Counted from the first letter of the stretch, positions 35,312 to 44,487 are shown. The stretch is 64,000 nucleotides of DNA from an uncultured Trueperaceae bacterium (GCA_963727505.1 CAVSGP010000004.1:928001-992000); one strand, 5' to 3'. A program made the numbers and translations. Notes: a model not told the origin generated them from the letters alone.

Positions 35312-36433
35312 TCATCCGTCGTACCGCAGGATCTCGATGCCTGCACCCCCCCGATCACTGGTGAACGCCAGACCATCCGCCTGGACGAACACGTCGTTGG
35401 TCTGCGGGTGGACGTCCCCCTTCGACGGCGGGACATGGCTGGCCACCTCGACCGGGGCGCGGGGGTCGGAGCAGTCGTACGCTCGTAGCCCCCCACTGAA
35501 GTAGGTCACGAAGATCAGCGTTTCACTCGAGAACGCACCAGGGCGGTTCTCGTGCAGGTTGTGGGGCCCGAAGCGGGGTCCGTGCGTGCGCACGGGCCCC
35601 TCGGGCTCCGGGAACGTCGAGAGCTCCTTGGGGTGGCTCTCGTCCTGGATGTCGAAGACCCGAACGAGCCGAGGCGTGGCGTCGTGCTCGGGCGTGGCCT
35701 TGGCCTCGTCGGTCACCACCAGCAGCCCGCGGCCGGGTAGCGGCATGGTGGTGTGGGTGTGTCCCCCGTGCTCGGGCGCCCAGGCAGCCGAGCCGACCAC
35801 CGTAGGCCGGCTCGGGTCGTGGATGTCGAGGATGCGCAGGCCACCGTCCCACACACCTGCATAGGCGCGATCACCGTGGCGAATGGCATGGTGGAGCTTG
35901 GGGTTGATGGTGTCCGGCCAGGCAGGCACCTCGCCGCCGGCCTCCCATTGGCCTGGCATCCACCAGCGGCCGGTCTCGCGGGGGCGCGCCGGATCCGAGA
36001 CGTCCACGATCAGCAGCATGCGATCGCGGAAACCCGGGGCGACGGCCGATAGGTAGACGGTGGGCTCGAGCTCGTCACACCACATGCGGTGCACGCCCCG
36101 GCCGCCGGTGTCGTAGAACGACACCTGGCGCGGATGCGCGGGATCGCTCAGGTCGAAGATCCCGAAGCCGGTACGCTCGGCCCGTTCCCCGGCGCGCCAC
36201 TCGTAGTTGACGAAGAGCAGGTCTTGGACGATCTGCACTTTGGGTGACATGGTGTTGGCGTAGCCGGGTAGGAAGCCCGCGAGGACGGGTTCGCGCGGAT
36301 CGGACACGTCCAAGACCGCGGTCCCGACACCGGGTTCCATGTTGCCGACGTAGAGGTGCCGGCCGTGCGACATGAGCTGCATGGTGCTGCCCTTGCTGCC
36401 GAGATCATGATGACCGAGAAGTTCGAAGCCCAT
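35312..36433 (-). CDS. LVIVD-repeat beta-propeller protein
   Basis: Repeated VLDVSDP/IFDLSDP/IVDVSDP/ILDIHDP and His motifs (GVHRMW, HTHT, GPHNLHE). Confidence 0.85.
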   Translation of the reverse strand: MGFELLGHHDLGSKGSTMQLMSHGRHLYVGNMEPGVGTAVLDVSDPREPVLAGFLPGYANTMSPKVQIVQDLLFVNYEWRAGERAERTGFGIFDLSDPAHPRQVSFYDTGGRGVHRMWCDELEPTVYLSAVAPGFRDRMLLIVDVSDPARPRETGRWWMPGQWEAGGEVPAWPDTINPKLHHAIRHGDRAYAGVWDGGLRILDIHDPSRPTVVGSAAWAPEHGGHTHTTMPLPGRGLLVVTDEAKATPEHDATPRLVRVFDIQDESHPKELSTFPEPEGPVRTHGPRFGPHNLHENRPGAFSSETLIFVTYFSGGLRAYDCSDPRAPVEVASHVPPSKGDVHPQTNDVFVQADGLAFTSDRGGAGIEILRYDG

Positions 36434-36445
36434 CGTCGTCCTTAT

Positions 36446-37477
36446 CTACTGGATTTTGGCGACCGCCTGCTTGAGGATCGGCACGATGCTCTGACCGGCC
36501 GCGGCGATCTGTCCGACCTTCGGTTGCTCTTCCGCGCCCTGCATCGGCACGATGATGAGCCCCTGCTTCTTGGCGTCGGCCAGCAGGCCGGGATCGTGCA
36601 GCGCCGCCCAGACGGCCGAGCGCATGGCGCTCACAGCGGCATCGGGCATGCCGGGAGGGCCGAAGAAGCTGCGGTGCATGGTGATCATGTTGACGATCGC
36701 CTGAACGAGCTCCTTGCCCTGGCCCTGGGTGACCTCGAGGGCCGTAGGCACGTCGGGGTAGCCCGACTCGCGCGCGTCGCCGATGGTCAGGATCGGCCGC
36801 AGATCGCCAGCCTGGATGCCCGACAGCGAGGAGTGCCAGGCGGTGATGTGTCCGTCTCCCTCACCCTTGATGACGGCCAGGGTGGTGTCGGCGTTGCCCT
36901 GGTAGCCGGTGACGGCCTTGAGCTCGAAGTTCAAGGCGTAGGCCAGCACCGCCATGGTGTAGAAGTCCTCGTCGGTGCCCTGCGTCGGGAAGATGAAGGG
37001 GCGACCGAGGTTCTGGACGTCCTGCATGGTCTGGATCTTCGACTTACCGCCCACCACCAGCACGCGCGCCTCGGTGGCGGCGCGCCCCAGGTAGACGAAC
37101 TTGGTGGCGTCGAACTCGACGCCCTGGCTGCCGGAGAGCTGTGCCAGCACCAGGGCCGGCACGCTCGTGAAAGCGATCGTCATGCCGTCGGGCTTGGCGT
37201 GCCAGAGGTAGTTGGCACCCACCACGCCGCCCGCGCCCTGCATGTTCTTGACGCGCACGTCGGCCGCGCCGAGGTGCTTGGCGATGTAGGGGGCGATCAT
37301 GCGGGCGTACTGCGTCATCTGGCCGCTCGGGCTGTTGGGCAGGATCAGGGTGACCGTCTTGCCCTTGTAGTAGTCCGAGCCGCTCTGGGCCATCGCCATC
37401 CCGCCTACGAGCGCGAGCGCGGCGATCAGCCCTACCATGATGTTGAAGCGTGCCTTCCGTCCCACAGTTGCCTCCAT
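36446..37477 (-). CDS. tctC: Tripartite tricarboxylate transporter substrate-binding protein
   Basis: DYYKGKTVTLI, NMQGAGG..GAN...AKPDG.TI, YPDVPT. Confidence 0.85.
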   Translation of the reverse strand: MEATVGRKARFNIMVGLIAALALVGGMAMAQSGSDYYKGKTVTLILPNSPSGQMTQYARMIAPYIAKHLGAADVRVKNMQGAGGVVGANYLWHAKPDGMTIAFTSVPALVLAQLSGSQGVEFDATKFVYLGRAATEARVLVVGGKSKIQTMQDVQNLGRPFIFPTQGTDEDFYTMAVLAYALNFELKAVTGYQGNADTTLAVIKGEGDGHITAWHSSLSGIQAGDLRPILTIGDARESGYPDVPTALEVTQGQGKELVQAIVNMITMHRSFFGPPGMPDAAVSAMRSAVWAALHDPGLLADAKKQGLIIVPMQGAEEQPKVGQIAAAGQSIVPILKQAVAKIQ

Positions 37478-37543
37478 GTTCCGGTCGTGTCTGGCGTGAG
37501 GTCGTCGATCGTGGTTCCTTCGCCTCCACTCCTTCCCGACCGC

Positions 37544-38077
37544 TCAGAGCGGTCCCGGCAAGATGCCGTGATACATCTGGGTGTTCAGCAGCACGACGAA
37601 GAGCAGGTACAACGCCCCGCTCACGCCGATGGAAAGGGCCAGCGCGCTGTACCAGCGCAAGCGCCCGATGGCGGCCGCGTCGCCGAGCACGAACAGGAAG
37701 ATGCCCACGATGGGGCCGAGAAGCAGCACCAGGCCAAGAAGCACCGCCAGCAACACGAACGCGATGACCTCGCGGCGCGCGTGCGTGCCGGGCGGGTGGA
37801 CCGTGGCGGCTTTCGTGCGTGACGCCCGCGCCTTGTCCTGCACACCCTCGCGCGCGCTTCGCCGCGTCAGCACCTCCAGGACATCGACATGCAGGTCGTC
37901 CGGCGAGCCGGTGTTCTGCACCACCAGCTGAGCGATCACCAACACCAGCGAGAACACCGCAACCGGCACGGGCACCAAACGCGAGCGTGGTCCGTAGCCC
38001 ATGCTGATGATGATCACGGCGACCAAGATGCCGACCAGCACCACGCCGAGGATGTTCTCCTGGGCACGGCGGCTCAT
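37544..38077 (-). CDS. tctB: TTT small membrane subunit
   Basis: Hydrophobic 177-aa protein between tctA and tctC. Confidence 0.8.
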   Translation of the reverse strand: MSRRAQENILGVVLVGILVAVIIISMGYGPRSRLVPVPVAVFSLVLVIAQLVVQNTGSPDDLHVDVLEVLTRRSAREGVQDKARASRTKAATVHPPGTHARREVIAFVLLAVLLGLVLLLGPIVGIFLFVLGDAAAIGRLRWYSALALSIGVSGALYLLFVVLLNTQMYHGILPGPL

Positions 38078-39576
38078 GGTTCCCTCGCGTCTGCGGCCGC
38101 CCGCCGGCGCGCCATTCGCCGGCGCACGATCGGAAATGCCGTGGTGAACAGGATGAACAGGAACATGGCTAGCGTGACGGGACGCGTGAAGATGAAGGTG
38201 CTTCCGTAGAGGGTCAGCGAGATGTGCAGATCGCGCTCGATCATGGTGGCCAGCACCATGCCGATCACGAAGTCGGCGCGGGAGAAGTTGTACTTGTCCA
38301 TCGCGTATCCGACGACGCCGAAGACAGCGGCCACGATCACGTCACCGACGCGCCCGTTGGTCGCGTATGCGCCCATGAAGCACACTGCAAGCACCACGGG
38401 CACCAGGTAGCGGGCCGGCAGGGTGGCCGAGCGCGCCAGCGTCTTGGCACTGAGAAGCCCGATCACCGTGGTGAGGATGTTGGCGATCACGATGATCCAC
38501 ACCATGGTGAACACCAGGCTCAGGTTGGTGGTCAGCATCTGGCGCCCTGGCGTGATGCCCATGTTGATGAAGGCGGCCAGCAGGATCGCCATGCTCTCGC
38601 CGCCAGGGATGCCGAAGGCCAGCGTGGGGAGCAGGCCGCCGCCTTCGGTGGCGGCCAGGGTGGCGTCCGGCCCGATGACGCCCTCGACCGCGCCGTGACC
38701 GAAGCGCTCGGGGTGTTTCGAGGTCTGGGCGGCCTGCGCATAGGCGGCGATGCCGCCGACACTGGCGCCGACCCCCGGCAGCACCCCGATCCAGAGGCCG
38801 AGCACGCTGGAGCGCAACACCAGCCACCAGTGGCGGAAGGTGTCCTGGACCCCGTCCCACACGGTGCTCGACTCGGCATCGACCTGCGCCTCCACCACCG
38901 AGCCGCCCTTGACGAAGAGCTTCAGCATCTGCGACACCGCGAACAGTCCGATCATGGCGACCGGGAACGAGATGCCGTCGAGGAGGAAGAGGCTGCCGAA
39001 GGTGTAGCGGGCGGTGCCGGTGATGGGGTCCATGCCGATGAAGGCGACCAGGATGCCAAGGCCGGCGGCGATGAGCCCCTTGAGCACCGAGCCTTCGCTG
39101 AAGGTCGCGATGATGGTCAGGCCCCAGAGCGCCATCATGAAGTACTCGCTGGGTCCGAGCGCCAGCATCAGCGGTCGGACGACGGGGATGGTGGCCACCA
39201 GGAAGACCGCACCGATGATGCCCCCGAGCAGCGCGGCCATGGCCGAAGCTCCGAGAGCCCGCGCGCCTTCGCCGCGCTGCGTCATGGGATAGCCGTCGAA
39301 GACGCTGGTGATGGTCTTGGCGGCGCCCGGCACGTTGAACAGGATGCCGGTGATGGAGCCGCCCCAGACGGTGGCGGCATGAGCTCCGAGAAGGAGGGCC
39401 AACGCGGCAGCCGGTTGGAACCCGAAGGTGAAAGGCAGGACGAGCGCCATGGCGACGATCCCGCCCAGGCCGGGCAGGACGCCGATGATGAGCCCGTAGA
39501 TCACCCCGACGACCATGAAGAGCATCGACTGTGGCGTGAACAGTGCCAGCAAGCCAGTCACCGCTGCGGCGATCAC
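38074..39576 (-). CDS. tctA: TTT large permease
   Basis: GVLPGLG, GGSITGILFNVPG, FDGYPM, GMDPITG..RYTFG, PTLAFGIPG. Confidence 0.92.
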   Translation of the reverse strand: MIAAAVTGLLALFTPQSMLFMVVGVIYGLIIGVLPGLGGIVAMALVLPFTFGFQPAAALALLLGAHAATVWGGSITGILFNVPGAAKTITSVFDGYPMTQRGEGARALGASAMAALLGGIIGAVFLVATIPVVRPLMLALGPSEYFMMALWGLTIIATFSEGSVLKGLIAAGLGILVAFIGMDPITGTARYTFGSLFLLDGISFPVAMIGLFAVSQMLKLFVKGGSVVEAQVDAESSTVWDGVQDTFRHWWLVLRSSVLGLWIGVLPGVGASVGGIAAYAQAAQTSKHPERFGHGAVEGVIGPDATLAATEGGGLLPTLAFGIPGGESMAILLAAFINMGITPGRQMLTTNLSLVFTMVWIIVIANILTTVIGLLSAKTLARSATLPARYLVPVVLAVCFMGAYATNGRVGDVIVAAVFGVVGYAMDKYNFSRADFVIGMVLATMIERDLHISLTLYGSTFIFTRPVTLAMFLFILFTTAFPIVRRRMARRRAAADAREP

Positions 39577-39591
39577 TCCCAGCCCTCCTTC

Positions 39592-40653
39592 CTAGCCCAG
39601 CAGCTCGGCAACGTCGACGATCCTGCCTTCGCGGCTCGAGCGCACCGCTGCCAGCATCACCGCGACGTTGCGGGTCGCGACCTCGGCATCGACCTCGGCC
39701 GCAACCTCGCCGCGCACCGCCCGGGCGAACTCCTCGACCTCTTCGCGCAGGTGATCGACGCCAGGGATCTCAACCTCGGCGTCACGGAGCTCGAAGTCGT
39801 CGGGGTCGTCGGTTGCTCGCGCGAAGGCGCGCTTGGTGAGGCTCGAGTGCGCGTCGGTCACGTCCGAGTTGCTCCACCAGCTGAAATCGAGCTGGTAGAA
39901 CAGGTCGGCCGTGGTCCCGTAGACGTTGATGGTGAAGACGCCGGGACAGGCCCAGTTCGTCCCCAGGTAGGCCATGGGGCCGCTCTCGAACTCGAGCACC
40001 GTGACGTTCACCGTGTCGTTCTCGACGCGCGTGTACATGGGCTTCCCGAAGGTGGCGACGCGCTTCACGGGGCCGAGCAGGTACTGCAGGTTGTCGATCT
40101 GGTGGATGCCCAGTTGCGTCAACGGGCCCCCCGGGGCCTTCTCGGGATCGCCGCGCCAGTTCCCGGGCGTGATCTGCAGGCCGCGTTCGTTGGCGAACAC
40201 CGCCTCGATGACCGAGACCTCGCCGATCTCGCCCGACGCCATCATCGCCTTGATCTTGCGCAGTCCTCCGAGGCGCCGCGCCGAGTGCCCGCAGGTGAAC
40301 ACCACGCCAGAGTCGGCCACCGCACGCTCGATGCGGCGCGCGTCGGCCAGCGTGACGGCGATGGGCTTCTCCACGAAGGCGTGTTTGCCCGCCGCCGCCG
40401 CCTGCTCGATGACGACAGCGTGCTGGTCGTTGGGCACCGTCACGATGACGCCATCGACGTCGTCACGCGCCAGTAGGGCCTCGAGGCTGGTGTCCTGCCC
40501 GCAGCCGTAGCGCTCTGCGAAGGCGTCGCGCTTGCCCGGGGAGCGGCTGAAGCAGCTGACCAGCTCGACCTCGCTGCTGCGGGTGTAGGCGTCTGCCAGC
40601 ACGTTGGCCCAGCGCCCCAGCCCCACCGCGGCCACACGCACGGGCCGGCTCAT
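39592..40653 (-). CDS. Gfo/Idh/MocA-family oxidoreductase
   Basis: VGLGRWA, H......AAAAGKHAFVEKP, GGPLTQLGIHQID. Confidence 0.92.
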   Translation of the reverse strand: MSRPVRVAAVGLGRWANVLADAYTRSSEVELVSCFSRSPGKRDAFAERYGCGQDTSLEALLARDDVDGVIVTVPNDQHAVVIEQAAAAGKHAFVEKPIAVTLADARRIERAVADSGVVFTCGHSARRLGGLRKIKAMMASGEIGEVSVIEAVFANERGLQITPGNWRGDPEKAPGGPLTQLGIHQIDNLQYLLGPVKRVATFGKPMYTRVENDTVNVTVLEFESGPMAYLGTNWACPGVFTINVYGTTADLFYQLDFSWWSNSDVTDAHSSLTKRAFARATDDPDDFELRDAEVEIPGVDHLREEVEEFARAVRGEVAAEVDAEVATRNVAVMLAAVRSSREGRIVDVAELLG

Positions 40654-40693
40654 CGCGTCTCCCCGCCGTCGGGGGTCGATGCCCCTGGCACGC

Positions 40694-41848
40694 TCACGCG
40701 CTCCGGTACAGCTTGGTGAGCACGAACTCGCGGTGCCCGAGCGCCTCGGCGCAGCTGCGGCGACCGCGGACGGTACGCTCCACCACCGTCATGAGCTGCT
40801 CGCCCGCGCCTGCCACGTCGATCTCGCGCCGGAGGAGCCCACTGACGTCGAGGTCGATGTGCTCGCTCATGGTCCCGGCGGTGATGGGGTTGCCCGTCAG
40901 CTTGACCACCGGCTCGATGGGGTGGCCCACGATGTTGCCCTGCCCGGTCGGGAACAGGTGGATCACGGCGCCGGCGGCGGCCATGAGGGTGATGCACTCG
41001 GCGGCCGCCGAGGAGGTGTCCATGAAGTTCAGACCCTTCTTGCTCGGCGCCACGGCCGGCCCCAGCACGTCGACCACCGGCTTGGTGCCGGTCTTCTCGA
41101 TGTTGCCGAGCGCCTTCTCCTCGATGGTGCTGAGGCCCCCACGGATGTTGCCCTGGGTGGGCTGCGAGCCCATCAGGTCGGCGTCCTGCTCCTCGATCAT
41201 GCGGATGTAATCGTCGTAGGTCTCCTGGAAGCGCCGGCGCACATCGTCGTCGATGCAGCGTTCGGCGATGAGATGCTCGCCACCGGTGAGCTCGGAGGTC
41301 TCGCCGAAGAGCACGGTGCCGCCCGCCTCGATGACCTTGTCGACGACTTGCGCCACCGTGGGGCACGACGCCAGACCGGTGGTGGTATCGCTCTCGCCGC
41401 ACTTGATGCTGAGCGTGATCTCGCCCAGTTCGATCGGCACACGGGGGATCTCACCGGCCTCCTGGACGAAGCGCTGCGCGGCGCGCGCCGCGACCTTGAT
41501 GGTCTCGAGGTCACCGTGGCGTTCGATGGAGAAGCCGTGCACCGGGGTGCCCTGCGCACGGATCCCCTCGACGACGAGCTCGGTCCAGTTGGGCTCGATG
41601 CCGATCACGATGGCCGCGGCCACGTTGGGGTTGGAGCCGGTGCCGATCAGGGTCCGGAAGTGGAGTTCCAGATCCTCTCCGAACTGCAGCCGGCCGTAGG
41701 GGTGCGGGATGGCCAGCGCTTCGGGAACGAGCCGCGCTACCCCCTCGGCGGCGGCGTTGGAGATGTCGTCGACAGGGATGACGACCACGTGGTTGCGGAT
41801 GCCGACGCGGCCGTTGGCCCGCCTATAGCCGGTGAGTTCCGATGCCAT
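40694..41848 (-). CDS. suyB: (2R)-sulfolactate sulfo-lyase beta subunit (UxaA family)
   Basis: GYRRANGRVGIRNHV, PVDDISNAA, PHPYGRLQFGEDLELHFRTLIGTGSNPNVAA, KCGESDTTTG, QPTQGNIRGGLSTIEEKALGN, MDTSSAAAE: SuyB-type signatures. Confidence 0.88.
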   Translation of the reverse strand: MASELTGYRRANGRVGIRNHVVVIPVDDISNAAAEGVARLVPEALAIPHPYGRLQFGEDLELHFRTLIGTGSNPNVAAAIVIGIEPNWTELVVEGIRAQGTPVHGFSIERHGDLETIKVAARAAQRFVQEAGEIPRVPIELGEITLSIKCGESDTTTGLASCPTVAQVVDKVIEAGGTVLFGETSELTGGEHLIAERCIDDDVRRRFQETYDDYIRMIEEQDADLMGSQPTQGNIRGGLSTIEEKALGNIEKTGTKPVVDVLGPAVAPSKKGLNFMDTSSAAAECITLMAAAGAVIHLFPTGQGNIVGHPIEPVVKLTGNPITAGTMSEHIDLDVSGLLRREIDVAGAGEQLMTVVERTVRGRRSCAEALGHREFVLTKLYRSA

Positions 41849-41861
41849 GGTGCTCCCTCTC

Positions 41862-42140
41862 CTACCAGCGCGCCGAACGGATGTTGTGGGTGTGGACGTA
41901 GTCGCCGACCTCGATGTCGCTCGTGGCGATGCCGACGCGCGTACCGTACTCGGTGACCTCGTCGCCGCGCTTCAACGCGCGAACGGCGATCTTGTGGCTG
42001 AGCGGAACCGCGCCGCGCGCGGTGATACGAGCCTCGCCGCCGGTATCCATGAAGATGCCGACGATCGCGTCACCGACGTCGATGTCTTCGGTTGCGACCC
42101 CGACATCGTCGCCTTCGTTATGGACCAGGAACTTGTGTAT
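41862..42140 (-). CDS. suyA: Sulfolactate sulfo-lyase alpha subunit (SAF domain); probable ATA start
   Basis: HKFLVHNEGDDVGVA, VPLSHKIA, EYG..VG.A..DI..GDYVHTHNIRSARW; directly upstream of suyB. Confidence 0.85.
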   Translation of the reverse strand: MHKFLVHNEGDDVGVATEDIDVGDAIVGIFMDTGGEARITARGAVPLSHKIAVRALKRGDEVTEYGTRVGIATSDIEVGDYVHTHNIRSARW

Positions 42141-42225
42141 GGCGAACCACCTCCCCTGCGGGCGCCCGGAGGCCCCACATGGTCCGGGCGCCCTTGGCGC
42201 CCGGTCGCTTGGTTGCGATGGCGCC

Positions 42226-42266
42226 ATTCTAGGGGGCAGCCAGCAACGATGTCAATTTTCAATTTT
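42226..42266 (-). promoter_or_regulatory. Sigma70 promoter TTGACA-N18-TAGAAT with overlapping AAAATTGAAAATTGACA motif
   Basis: -35 at 42255-42250 and -10 at 42231-42226 on the minus strand; AT-rich island in GC-rich DNA. Confidence 0.8.
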
Positions 42267-42364
42267 GTGTCGAAAATTACGGCCTGCCGCGGCCCTGCCC
42301 CGAGGCCGTCCACGCGGGGGCAGGCACACAGCAGCGAGGCCGCGCCCGCAAGATCACGTCTGCG

Positions 42365-42428
42365 GCGTCACTGCAGTCGCGTCACTGCAGTCGCGTCACT
42401 GCGGCCGCGTCACTGCGGCCGCGTCACT
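42365..42428. repeat. 14-bp tandem repeat x4.5 at the stop codon of the small ORF
   Basis: GCGTCACTGCAGTC x2, GCGTCACTGCGGCC x2, partial copy. Confidence 0.9.
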
Positions 42429-42645
42429 CCAGCAAGGCCGCGTCGGACGCCGGCGTGACGCCGGCCAGGTCCCGCCCACACCACGGGCAGTAGCGGACAT
42501 TCACGCGTTGCTGGCGGGCGCGCCCGCCGGGCGGAACGGTGGTCAGCACCCACGACCGACTGCGTGAGCTGTAGAAGACGATGCCTTCGATCTGTCCGGT
42601 CTCGGGCCGGCAGAGGTGGTTCGAGGGGTGTGTTTCCTCACGCAT
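42424..42645 (-). CDS. Small putative zinc-binding protein (73 aa)
   Basis: HLC...YCPWCG motif; ATG 3 nt after the dehydrogenase stop, with GGGAG/GAGG upstream. Confidence 0.6.
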   Translation of the reverse strand: MREETHPSNHLCRPETGQIEGIVFYSSRSRSWVLTTVPPGGRARQQRVNVRYCPWCGRDLAGVTPASDAALLE

Positions 42646-42648
42646 GCC

Positions 42649-43638
42649 TCAACTCCCGACCGCGCTGCGAACCGGGTTGAGCGGGGCTTCGCCGCGCAGG
42701 CAACGCGCGACCTCCTCGGCGGCGAGCCGGCGCATGCGCGCCTGCGCCTGCTCCGAGTACCAGGCCATGTGGGGCGTCAGCAGCACGGACGGATGGCTGC
42801 GTAGCGGGTCGTCGGCCGACGGCGGCTCCCCCTCGGCCACGTCCAGTCCGGCGCCCGCCAACCGGCCCTCGTCGAGGGCGCGCAGCAGCGCGGGCTCGTC
42901 GATGAGGCCACCGCGGCTGACGTTGACGACGAACGCCCCGTCGGGCAGGAGCGCCAGCTCGCGCTCGCCCAGCAGGTGTCGCGTGGAGTCGCTGAGCGGC
43001 AGGTGAAGGCTGACCACCTGCGCATCACGAAGTACGTCCTCCAGCGACGAGCGCAACTCGAGCGCGCCACCGGTGGGGTCGGAGGTCACGAACGGGTCGA
43101 AGCCGGTGAGCCGGAAGCCCAAGCCCTTCAGGAACTCCGCCGCGCGCCGGCCGATTCGTCCGAGGCCGAGCACGGCCACGGTGGTCGCCTCGGGCGCGGC
43201 GATGGGCCGCACCTCGGCCACCCCCCAGCCACCCGCCCGGACGTGTCCGGCCGCCGTCATGATCTTGCGGGTCAGCGACAGGATCAACGTCACGGCGTGG
43301 AGCGCCACCTCGTCGGTGCAGTAGTCCAGTACGTTGCATACCTGCACGCCGACCTCTGCGGCCGCATCCACGTCGATGCGGTCCACGCCGATGCCGTAGC
43401 GCACCAGCGCCTCCACACCACGCATCTCGGCCAGGACCGCGCGCGTGAAGCGTGGCGCCGACCCGGCAAGGACGGCGGCAGCGCCACGGCAACTGTCGAC
43501 AAGCGCCGCCCCTTCGTCGCCCTGGGCCCGCACGACCTCTACGCCAAGCGGGGCCAGCACGGCCTCCTCGATATCGAGCGGATCGAAGCGCGCGCCACAC
43601 ACGACGACGCGCCGCGGGCCCGCGGCGGCGCCCGTCAT
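42649..43638 (-). CDS. D-isomer-specific 2-hydroxyacid dehydrogenase (CtBP/SerA-like)
   Basis: RYGIGVD, DYCTDEVALH, GLGRIG, SLHLPL, NVSRGGLIDE, GAGLDV..EP, TPHMAWYS. Confidence 0.93.
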   Translation of the reverse strand: MTGAAAGPRRVVVCGARFDPLDIEEAVLAPLGVEVVRAQGDEGAALVDSCRGAAAVLAGSAPRFTRAVLAEMRGVEALVRYGIGVDRIDVDAAAEVGVQVCNVLDYCTDEVALHAVTLILSLTRKIMTAAGHVRAGGWGVAEVRPIAAPEATTVAVLGLGRIGRRAAEFLKGLGFRLTGFDPFVTSDPTGGALELRSSLEDVLRDAQVVSLHLPLSDSTRHLLGERELALLPDGAFVVNVSRGGLIDEPALLRALDEGRLAGAGLDVAEGEPPSADDPLRSHPSVLLTPHMAWYSEQAQARMRRLAAEEVARCLRGEAPLNPVRSAVGS

Positions 43639-43708
43639 CGCTCGCTCGCGTTCGAACACGCCACGCGACGCGGCGAACGGGGACGGTGCTGCCTGAGGTG
43701 CGGCGTGT

Positions 43709-44428
43709 TCACGAGGATACCTCCGCCTTGCCATGGGTCACAGGAAGCTCGAGCTCGGAGCCGAGGTGCGTCAGAAGGGCAGCGCCGGCATTGCGCACGT
43801 GCTCCCGCATGGAGGCCTCCGCCGACCTCGCTTCACCCCGCGCTACGTGTTCCAGGATGCGGTCGTGCTCCGCCATCGAGGAGGGCAGGCGCCCTTCGAC
43901 CTCTGCGGAGGTGCCGATCAGCAGGCGGACCTGCCCCATCAACATCTCGGACATCCTCAGCAGCCGGTCGTTGCCCGACGCCTCCCACACCGTGCGGTGG
44001 AAGGCGACGTCGAGGTCGGCGTAGCGCGCCAGGTCGCGGTCGTCGCAGCACTCGACCTGCTCTTCGTGCAACGAGCGCAGCGAGCTCGCCAGGGCCTTGG
44101 GGTCCGTCTCAACGGCAAGCCGCATCGCGAGCCCTTCCAGGACCTCCCGCAGGGTGTAGATGTCGACGATGTCCGGGGGCTCGAGGGTGATGACGGAGTA
44201 GCCGCGATGCGGCCTGGACTCCACCAGGCCCTCGCGCTCCAGCGCCGCCAGCGCCTGATTGATCGGCGTCGGCGAGAGCTCCAGTTGCTCGACCAGGTCC
44301 CGCATGACCAGCTTGCTCCCGGCCGGCAGGGTCCGTGTCAGGATCCCCTCCCGCAACGCGTCGTAGGCCTGGCGGGACAGGACATCCCGTTCTGGAGCGT
44401 GCAGTTTGCCGATCGTCGGCTTCCCCAT
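43709..44428 (-). CDS. GntR/FadR-family transcriptional regulator
   Basis: wHTH (AYDALREGI..LSPTPINQAL..LEREGLV) plus FCD domain (DVAFH, EHDRIL..H). Confidence 0.93.
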   Translation of the reverse strand: MGKPTIGKLHAPERDVLSRQAYDALREGILTRTLPAGSKLVMRDLVEQLELSPTPINQALAALEREGLVESRPHRGYSVITLEPPDIVDIYTLREVLEGLAMRLAVETDPKALASSLRSLHEEQVECCDDRDLARYADLDVAFHRTVWEASGNDRLLRMSEMLMGQVRLLIGTSAEVEGRLPSSMAEHDRILEHVARGEARSAEASMREHVRNAGAALLTHLGSELELPVTHGKAEVSS

Positions 44429-44435
44429 GCTCAGG

Positions 44436-44487
44436 AGTCTATAACAAAAAATTGAAAATTGACAATTGACCCCTCACGACCTAGAAT
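44436..44487. promoter_or_regulatory. Divergent promoters: TTGACA-N17-TAGAAT (plus) and TAGACT -10 for leaderless gntR (minus), with shared 17-bp motif
   Basis: TTGACA 44459-64, TAGAAT 44482-87; AAAATTGAAAATTGACA 44448-64; TAGACT at 44441-44436 lies 7 nt before the gntR ATG. Confidence 0.82.

Noticed and set aside
40694..42140. Altronate/galactarate dehydratase (uxaA/garD)
   Set aside because: The split architecture and the DDISN / YGRLQFG / KCGESD motifs fit the SuyAB subgroup better.
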